Below are positions 11,356 through 21,135 of a stretch of 64,000 nt of DNA, one piece after another. The stretch spans positions 8,091,389 to 8,155,388 of the forward strand of contig CM121342.1 in NCBI GenBank assembly GCA_051530055.1, in the 5' to 3' direction. The notes under the pieces were generated by a model that saw only the letters and a list, made by a program, of their open reading frames with translations, had not been told where the DNA came from and made no database searches. The first letter of the stretch is position 1. Each line of letters begins with the position of its first letter. A program made the translations under genes and the position numbers. This DNA comes from Neoechinorhynchus agilis (taxonomy: Eukaryota; Animalia; Acanthocephala).

Positions 11356-13028
11356 TTAGTTTGGAACTATCAGTTGCCAATCGGTCGGCATATTTCCTTC
11401 AAGAACACCTAAAGCACATCCAAATCCCTGGATCACGCTCATCGGATACCCAATGTCGCATAAGTACGATTGGGAGCATACTTTACCCAATCGAAAAACA
11501 ATCACACCTGATTTATCGTGCAATTGGAAATTCTTGGCTGATGAATACAACACTCGATTCCCATACCTAAGAATAAACGCGTTGTTGTCCCATATAGGCG
11601 CAACCGTTTCCAACAATAATGTCCGAGGTGGAACTGACTTGATTTTGTCCCTTAATTCCACTTTATCCGTAAACATCAACTTATATTCACCTCTTGATCT
11701 TAACTCGGATTTGAACCGGCGCCCATTCTGGTCAATGGCCGGTATTAGTACTCGCGTTGACCAAAATCGACCATACATCAGCGAATTCTCGTCGTGAGTT
11801 ATACTGGCCTGCTGAACCTCGGTCCCTGAAGGTTCCATCACGTAAAGACCGGTCAGTCGCCACGTCATGTTCGGCTTAAGCCAACCGATTAATCGTTATT
11901 GAACACTTTCAGACAATTAGGACCTACGGAAAAAATTTGATTTTTCGAAAGGATTTCTCTTAACCGGTGAAGGTGTAATGCGCCACACGACTAATTGTTT
12001 CGAATCAGTTGGCTGTGTGAACTCTTCACCGGTTAAAAAATGCTTTCGAAAATTCGAATTTCCCCCAATCCCGTAGGCTTTTAGTGCATTTCATCGCTAC
12101 TTAATCGAATTTAGACAAATTTTCAAATATAAACTGGTTTTTAGAGTTTTTATAAGAGTTCACACAGCCCACCGATTCGAAACAATTAGCCGTATGGCGC
12201 ATTATCACTTCACCGGTTAAGAGAAATCCTTTCGAAAAATCGAAAATTTATTGTTTTTAAATAGAATAAATTCTGTGATTTCGAATCGGTTGACTGTGTG
12301 AACGCTTATAAAAACTCTAAAAAACCCAACAAGCCACACGTATGAATTTTCCGTTGAAGGGTTAAATTTTTGATCTAAATTCGATCTCAAAACTAATCGT
12401 TACGGACATTGATTTAAATAGCAATGATTTTTTAATTTTATTTAAGAATTTGCGTATATCAAACATTCGGCTTACTATAAGCGAGTTATAAAATGAAATT
12501 GTTGCCATTTCATACTAATGTTCAATAATTTCTGCTTACATATTTCGTATCAAACTCCATTAGTGAATCGTGTGAGTTCTCCGATATACAAATCTTAATC
12601 GCGCCCGAAACTGCATAACGTGTAGCCAACAACAAAGGATCCTTTTTATCCAAATCATCGCTTCGATAGAGGTAATAATGGGAGCCTAAACCCGATTTAG
12701 ATCGATGAATCACAAAGTTCACACAGTTTCCCTTGTTATTAAGAGGTTCGGTTACATCGAGATATCGATTGCTTAATTCCTTCTTTACAGCGAACGGATT
12801 ATTTGTTGAGAATAAAGGTCGACTTCGTCCATCAACGTTCGATTTGAACCTTAGTTTCTTCAATGCCTCGTCTAAGCTCGATTTAATTATACTCTTTTTT
12901 CTGCCAACATTGCTTTTGTGTTGTTCTTGTTCAAGAAACTGAGGTAGCGATATTCTTCGTGAATTGAGTGACTGTTGCTTGAACGCATCCTTAAAAATGA
13001 TTTCGCTATCGCTTTCGTTTTTTCTCAT
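11356..13028 (-). CDS. Tubby-domain (TULP-like) protein, 2 coding exons
   Basis: HYYLYRSDD..PLLLATR, P.WDNNAFILRYGNRV...SAKNFQL, FRLGKV..SYLCDIGYPMSVIQGFGCAL match the tubby C-terminal domain. Confidence 0.85.
11890..12536 (-). other. Non-canonical intervening sequence in the tubby-like gene (~647-650 nt)
   Basis: tat gTA agcagaaattattgaaca...tgttcaataacgatTA atc ggt tgg. Perfect 10-bp inverted repeat; no in-frame AG between the stop and IGWLKPN. Confidence 0.75.
11936..12245. mobile_element. Foldback/MITE with ~90-bp inverted arms inside the tubby insert
   Basis: 11941-12026 is nearly the reverse complement of 12154-12239; a partial third arm lies at ~12279-12328. Confidence 0.75.
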
Positions 13029-14174
13029 CGTTTTTTATGAATGTAACCCCAACTGAACAAAAACCTAAGATGAATGCAGAATCCATGAACACATTCATCG
13101 TTGACTCAGTCCTTTGAACTCGGTCGTGATTTTTACCAGAAGTGAATCAAAGTTTTCTTTTTTAAGGAGACTTACGTTGCTCAAAAGTAATCTCGGTGAA
13201 ATTCAAGCGACGGATAAGCCTTTTTCTCTGTTAAGCAAAATAGTATTCAATCAAACTCAGTCCGAATGAGACGTTCTTAAATTGTAAAATTTTGAACTGC
13301 AAATTCACACACTGAAAAAATTAGAAATAGTTTTAAAGTTATCCAATGAGCTTCAAAAAGTTTTGTTTGATAGATATTCTGATTGATTGTCTTAGCTTGC
13401 AAAGTATCAAAAACCAAGCAGAAACGCAGGGCTATATTATTCGTAAATCGAATAAAAAACATGTTCAATAACGTGTCCTTGTTCGTATTTGAATCCATGA
13501 ATATCGTCGTGTTCAATGGTTCTTTTTTATGTCCATCAATTTTCAGTTACAATTGAGGTTGAGGACGGCGAATGGTTATGTTTATATCTTCAAACAATGA
13601 ATTAGTGAAATTCTGAAAATCTAGTGCATTTTAGTGTTAAAAATTGTTCTGACAAATATTCATTTGTACGGTAAATCAACCAGCAATGCCAAAATCTATG
13701 AAATATCTTGTTCTTTTCGATTATCGGAACAGAAATAGTAGGCTAAAAATTATAATCTTTCTAATAGTTGTCTAAGAACTTTCAGCACATTATCAAATAT
13801 TTAGGTAAAAGACAATTATGAAGAGTGCAACGGTTTCGATAAATAAAAACGTTTTATTGCATCCATAAATCATTTTTAGGGGTTTGATTCTGATTTATTA
13901 TGTTTTATAATTTAATATTCGCTTTTTAAGAATACAGAAAAGTACATTTGAGTGATCTAAGATTATGGCACAAAAATTCGCCTTTTTAAGAAACCATAAA
14001 AAGAATTGGCCTGCAAAAAGATTACGGCATCTAAGATCATTTTTAAGGAACTGAGAAGAGTGGACACTTTTAAAATAAGTCAAAAATCCATTCAACAACG
14101 CGAATGCTTTAAAATTGTGAGAATTTCATTCGGTTTTTCCTGTCGACTTAATCTACAAAAATTCGTCTAAAAAT

Positions 14175-17100
14175 TTGATGGCACTTTTATTTTTGCAAAA
14201 TGATAAAAATAAATCAATGTTAAAAAACGTCCGCCGCGAGGAGGACCACAGACGCCTCAACCAAGCGGTTACACGCATGTGCGCGCAATCGATCGTTGTA
14301 AAAAAAGTCTACTCCAAGGAGAAGCCTACTGACCCTCCAGATGAAGGGGGTGAAATTCACGAACCACAGGTTAGTGAATTGTGTGATAGTGGGACGGGGA
14401 GTGATGCCTCCGCCGTTATTGTTTTTCCCCCGGTATCCCCACAGCTTTTTGCATCTAATACTCATTCACAAAAAAATTGAAAATTTCATATTAAAATTTA
14501 ATAAAGAAAAGATGGGTAACAAAAGTAAATTTAATCTTATAAACTACTACGTAAAACACACATTAAACGAAGCTCAACGTAAAAATATGTTTTTTCCATT
14601 AAAAAACCTTCGAAAGCAAATTTTCAGTAATGATTGTTTTCTCAGACTACAAAGATGCTTTCATCAAGACATTAAATGAGCTAAATATTCCTTTTGAGGA
14701 CTTGTCGAGGAGGGTCACTTTCCTTATGATGAATCCCCCACAAGACCTTCCCGCTGAGGAGCAAAAAATTATTGAGGTTGAGAACAAAATCAAACTTATT
14801 ACCGAAAAAACTCATCAGCCTATGCTTTTCTTTGCTCTGCCCCCTCGTCGAAATAGCCGACTCGTTATGTGGTGGGTATAAAAGATGTATTTTTTCGTTC
14901 TGGGTGACATTCACTAACTATAAAGACACCATCCAGGACTATAACTTAACCATTTGTCAGAGATGTGCCAGCTGGGCACTTCATCGCTGTGGGGGAGAAC
15001 ATCTAAAGGCGAATTGCCCAAATCTCAAAACCCCATGCTATCCCAATTGCGGACTAAGTCACCAAACATATTCAAGATCACGTAGGGCGGCGACATCTTT
15101 TTTTGGAAAGCTGTCTGAAAACAGCCAGACAACCAAGAAAAGAGCTTAAAAGTGTCACAGTTACATTTGCACATGAACCCCGATCCAACGGAATGCAGCA
15201 ATAAACTTTAACAAATAGAAATTCACCCCAAAATATTTCGACCGAACATTGTTTTTTTAAACCTCTAATGGAGAGTGGTTCTCTTAAACCAGACTTGAAA
15301 ACCCCAATAAACCTCCCGATTCATTTCTTAACGAAACAAATGGAGATAAATTGATGCCAGTTTTATTCCAAGATTTGGAATCACTAAAAAAACCTAATTT
15401 TCATACTGTTGAATGCTTTTAGGGTCAACGGCATTTGCAAAGATATACCCGCCAATTTACTAGACCCGGGTATTCCTCCGCAAGTTAACAAGCGTCATCC
15501 ATCCTCCGTAATTATGATTTTATTAAACCTAAGAAAGGACGAGCTAATATTTGATGAATTTTAGCCTTGCGACATACAATACATCAAGAGCCTTTTACTT
15601 ACCCAATCATATATTAGGAAAAATTTGAGAGGTTCTGCAAGACCTATTGTTTTTTCAAGAGACGGCCGTTGCATCTCATACAGTCTGATTCTTATAATTG
15701 TTTTAAACTGGACCAGTCACCACCAGCTAAAAAAATTAAATATAGGTTTTTCGGGAGGTTTACAATGTTTCATAAAAACGAAATGGAAGCCAAAATTACT
15801 TGAGCAGGAAAAAAACGAAATTTTTTCTTTCCAAGTTGTATCTATAATAAATCCTTTTTATTTCCCAGCATCAGGTACACATCTGATTATTGTAAATTTC
15901 TATGTTACTCCCAGGAAGGTGTCTCACTTCCTAAAATTAAAATCTCATAGAATATCGATTTGGTACCCGGACTTGATATGCGGAGATTTCAACTCCAATT
16001 ATCTTTCAATCTTTTTTCAAGGACTACTCAAGCTGTATCACTAAATTCCCATAATTCCACAATTATTCAAAGCAGTCTCATTCTTTTCTAGACGGATTCT
16101 TAATAAAAAAGTCTATTCCGATTAATATGTACCCCACTGCTCAACCTCAAGTTCAGCAACGTATGGGACATGATTTTATACTATTTGGATATAAAGCCCT
16201 TGACTTAAAGGACCGAATTGTTATCAACCCCAACTCAATTTTACATTTTAACGTCAAGTTGACAATGGGATTGAAGGCTAAGAGAAAAATATTACTCAAA
16301 GATCTAAACGATATGATATTATCAGCAGCCGACTCTTGTTTAATTAAAAAGGGTTTCATTCACAGAACATTTGCCTCCAAGGAAGCCAATATAATATACA
16401 AGAGGGCTATTATAGCCAATTTAAATAATGAGGGAACTGAATACAAAATTATGATGTCTCAATTTTACTCAACAATTCACAAAGAGGAAATGGAGAGGGA
16501 TAAAAATGTACTATTTTTATGCAAAACCTTTTCTAAACCTTTTTGGAATGTTATTTTAAAAAATAAAATAGTTAATTGGAAAACTAAGCCAGCGTCTTGG
16601 ATTGGATCCGCCTCTTATCCAGAAGTTATCAAATTAATTTTGACTGCACACACTTTCTCTACTTTTACTAATCAACCAATCATCATTTTGCAATACAAAA
16701 ACTTTGCATGGAACATAAAATTAGAGGAACTTTTAAACGCATGGAAATCAAACCCGTCAAGAGCGAATAATTCATTCGCTGTTTCCCCTTCCATCTTTTC
16801 TTGTGTCTCCAAAGATAACAAATTATTATTTTTACAATGTTTTAACGATAAAATCAACACTAAGGATCTATTATCTATCAATAAAGCAAGGAAAATATTT
16901 ATCCCAAAAGCGAAATGTAGGAAAATTTCAGATCCCTCACACATTCGAGTTGTATTGATCCAGAATCTTTTAATATCGTGCTTGGAAACATATAATTAAC
17001 TTTAAAGTCATAAACAATCTCTTGAAAAAAACGGGTTCATTCCTGGTAGAGGAGTACACACTCTTTTATCATCCCTTCAATCCTACAATGAAAAGTACAC
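14175..17100 (+). mobile_element. Degenerate APE-type LINE (ORF1 with Cys/His knuckles, endonuclease, start of RT)
   Basis: CQRC...HRCGGEHLKANC...CGLSH in ORF1; IIVNFY...LICGDFN endonuclease motifs; RT-start-like KCRKISDPSHIRVV and GFIPGRG. Many stops and frameshifts. Confidence 0.75.
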
Positions 17101-17329
17101 TTACGTTAAATGAGTAATTGCGCTCATCTCAAAAGTAAATTAGCGCGATGGCAGAGCTCAGAAGGGGTATTGGGTAGCCTGATCAGCTTTAATCCCAGCT
17201 CCAATGTGCTCTAAGGAACCAATATGGCAAATCACGAAACCTCAATCAATTAGATCATTACTAATAATATGTGTATGCGCGTGCCTGATTGTAAGGATAA
17301 TAATAATAACACAAACGCCCTTCGAAAAC

Positions 17330-19260
17330 GTTCCCGCAATAGTCACCCGAGGAACACCGGGAAGATTGCATTCCGATAGTTCAAACCTGCCACAACAACG
17401 TCCGCCACGCCGGCTGTTTCAATCGCTGGCGAGGGGGTGCCCAGTCTCTAATGCAAATCGGTCAAATGCAATGTTTGTCTTCGTGACTTCAAACCGAATC
17501 TCAGTGGTCTCGTCCGCTCCCACGATAAACATGGGTCGCATTGCCCTGGATCCAGAAAACCGGCAACTCAGCCTGTCTCTCCGTCTTCATCCAATCCATC
17601 CAATCCAACCGAACTCACAACTCCCGCGTGACTGGACGAATCCTGCGAGGCGCCAGGCCCTCAGTAGCCTCCAAATTAGCATGCCTGATCGAGCGCATCC
17701 TACGTGATTCAACTGTACCATCTGACTGGTTCAACCTCATCGCGTTTCCGAAAGCTATCTTACGTGTTCCCACACAAACATCTGAAGCCAACGAGAATCC
17801 ATCGCTTAGCCAAAATATTCGCAACAGGTCCGACGCTTTCGAGTCCTTTGAACAAGTCGAGTATCTTGGATGGCAGAGCCATCGCCGTAATTTTCCTCAC
17901 GACCCGGACTCTCAACTCCGCGCGAAATGCTCCGAGAAGCTGGAGGACGGCGATCGTGTGCCGTTCGACTTGTAAGCGGAACGGACCGCCTACTCGCGCC
18001 GAACAAGGACATCCTCGACTCCTTAAAATTGAAGCATCCTCCACGCAGACGGAGTTGCTTCAAGCCAAATTATGATCCGTTGTTCACAGAGTCTGACCGC
18101 GATCCCCTCATACCCACTACAGTCTCCACCGTCACTTACGCTCTGATATCCTTTCCGCCATCGTCAGCTGGAGGGCATGATGGTTTAAGCCCTCGACACA
18201 TACGGGATTTGACCTGCTTCTCTTCTGGAGCTCAAGGTACACGATTGCTGAAGGCAATCACCGAGCTCACACGCGTAATCGTCCGCGGTTCCGTACCTCC
18301 TCCAGTCGCAAGTCTACTCTGCGGTGCCAAGCTGATCGCTTTCACAAAAAAGGTGGAGGGGTTCGTCCGATTGCCGTTGGTTGTACCTTCCGTCGACTGG
18401 CATCCAAAGTCGCGTGTCAGTTCGCCACCGATCGATTGATCGATCAACTCTGGCCGGTTCAATTAGGAGTCGGAGTTCCTGCTGGAGCCGAGGCGGCCGT
18501 ACACTCAGCACGAGGGTATAGTCGAAATGGTATCAATAAGGGAAGGGCTATGGTCAAGCTTGACATGGAGAACGCGTTCAATTCAATATGCCGCACCGAG
18601 ATGACGGAGGTTGTCCACCAGCACTTACCAGAAATCTACCAATATGTGTCCTTGTGCTACGACCAGTCCATCATGCTGCTGTTTGGCGAGTCCCAGGTCG
18701 AATCAGCAGAGGCTGTTCAACAGGGTGATCCCCTAGGTCCTCTGCTGTTCGCATTGACGATCAATCATCTTGCCCACAGCTCTTTCTTCAGAGTTATCGA
18801 TCTGGTACCTTGACGACTGTTGCATCGGAGGGGAGATCGACCAGCTCATTCGCGACATCAAAAACATCTCCGAAATGGGTGCCGATATCGGACTATTCCT
18901 GAGAACGGACAAATGCGAAATCATTTCGGACGACCAAGAGGATGCATCGAGACTGCTCACCGTACTGCCCGGAGCAAAGACAACTGCAACCGACTCAGCT
19001 GACATTCTCGGGTCTCCAATCGGTAACCTGTCTAACCTGGGAAACGTTTCTTTCAAAAGCCATCGATCAATTGCGGCTCATTGCCTCCAGGCTCTTGCAC
19101 ATCGCGCGACACGACGCTCTGTTCATACCAGGACGATGTCTGTCGCTTCCGAAGATTGCGTACCTTCTGAGGACTTCTCCATGCTTCAGGTCAGTGCTCA
19201 CCAGGGATTTCGACAACTGCGTTCGATCAACCTTGGCACGAACAAGCACATATTTAAAAA
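17330..19260 (+). mobile_element. CRE-clade-like non-LTR retrotransposon, frameshifted and 3'-truncated
   Basis: N-terminal C..H..C finger-like text; RT motifs SAGGHDGLSPRHIRDL, QLGVGVPAGAEAAVH, KLDMENAFNSI, VQQGDPLGPLLF, WYLDD. Confidence 0.8.
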
Positions 19261-19272
19261 CTTACAAGCAAA

Positions 19273-19574
19273 CTGATGATGAACCCGACGAGGTTCGAAA
19301 AGTCTTTAATAAATAATCATTTACCGGGTGTAGACCTTTAAACAATAATTCTAATCACATTCTCCGGTACCTCACATATCGACAATCATGACGACAGTTG
19401 CAGAATTGGACGAAAAAGAGGAATTTGTGAACGAAAAGCAAATGTAATGATTATTTGCATGTTAAGCAAGGTCGATATGTGAGGAGGTACCGGGGATATG
19501 TGATTGGAAATGTTTTTGAAAGGTCTACATCCGGTAAATAATTTTTTCGCTTAAAAGTGCTTCGAACCTCGTCG
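19273..19574 (+). mobile_element. Foldback repeat with ~100-bp inverted arms, starting with a hammerhead-like core
   Basis: 19286-19384 inverts ~19470-19574; CTGATGA-T-GAACC-cgacga-GGTTC-GAAA at 19273-19300. A related copy lies at 41537-41700. Confidence 0.7.
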
Positions 19575-20013
19575 AATTTGTCAAGGAAGGAGAACGACGA
19601 TGAAACACATTCACTTCCTTGCACCCTGAAAGGTTGAACGATTTTTTCAACTTCGCTTTCTCATGACTCCATGAAGCGAATCAAAAAAATTGAAAATGTA
19701 AAACGGCCCTAAAACTTTAACGATGATTTCTTGAGAATTTGGTCTCCAAGTCAATTCTTAAACGAGTATTTTTGGAGCACCATTGCTACTCAAAAATTAA
19801 TTGAAAAATTAAGTAAGTCATGAATACTTTTTCACTTAAAATTTTAAGTTTCCCCAACGAATTTTGTGTCTTCCAGAATTCGTCGGCAATGAACACTGAT
19901 AATTATCTCGGATAAAAAAATTTCGAAATGGATTCAGTTGAACGTTCCCTCGTATAAATGGATTTAAGGTTCAGGAGGACCCATGAACCTTTGGGTCCTT
20001 ATCCGTTAGGACG

Positions 20014-20700
20014 TTAATATCCAATCGAGGGATGCCCGTTCTGGAGGTGGTCAGAGGGATTCCTATTCGGATGGGAACTATCCAGTCGGGGGAGGTTCGT
20101 TCGGGTGAGAATGTGTCCGTTCGTTTGAGAATATCCGGTTAGGTTGGAAGGTCCGTTGTGGTGGGAATTGGTGTTTATTTCTTGCAGTGAGCGCTTGTAA
20201 GGTTGGTCTTTCTTCAGAATCATTTCAAGTACTGATATCCGAGAAGATTGGGTAGCATGGAAAAAGGAGCGTAGGTACAGGGATAATGAAACGAATTAGG
20301 ATTACAAGTGTTGTGCTCATGTGAAAAGGGGAAGATGTGTTGTAGAAATTGAGGTGGTATGGTTGAGAGGCGTTTTGATTGTTTTATGAAAATAGCATCA
20401 AGGCATTCGGTGAGTGGGGGGAAAAGTTGTGCAACTTTTAGATACTCTTTTATGAAACATTTCAAGATGACGGATTTAAGATTTGGATAGGTTGCAAAAT
20501 ACGGGGTAACCGTGAGATAGGGGTGGTAAAATAAAGCAGAAGTAAAATTTGTGGAGATCGGGTGAAGGGATTCCTAAATGTTGATGGCATTTGAGGAGAT
20601 AAATTTTAAAGGTATTGAGCTTGAGGGAGAGAGTGAAATGCGAGTCCCATTTCAAGTTTGATTGAAATTGGAGACCCATAATTCTTAGGGAGGTTACTCG
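20014..20700 (-). mobile_element. 3' fragment of a CR1/L2-like LINE ORF2
   Basis: LGLQFQSNLKWDSH...LLK..HLG..DL.KFY..FILP.LSHG.PVF is typical post-RT LINE text; multiple stops. Confidence 0.6.
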
Positions 20701-21135
20701 TTCATTTGGTAGGTCTGGGGAGGATGTGGGGTTGCGGGAGAGAGGGGATCATTTCGAAGCATTCAGAGAAATTCAGGTGGAGTTTGTGATTGGTACAGAA
20801 ACTGAGATGGAGTTTGTGATTGGTGCTCAGTGTAAGGTAATCGAACCCCGGCCACTTGCATGACAGGCAGATTTGTCATTAGCTTTTATCCTTAGTCTTA
20901 ATCCATTTGGAACCACTCCAAAACCATCAAATGTCTCCATGTCAAGACAATTTTTGAGGTTATTTACGTAATTGTGCAGGAAATTCTGGGAACCTGAACA
21001 AAAACTCAGTTTTGACAAAAGAAAGGGAATGAAACATTCCTTAAACTCGTGCTAAATTGCCAGTCTTGTGTGTGCTTTTTAGTCTTTAAATTTGGATTGC
21101 CGGTTGAATTGAATACTTTGTTAATTTCATTTCAG

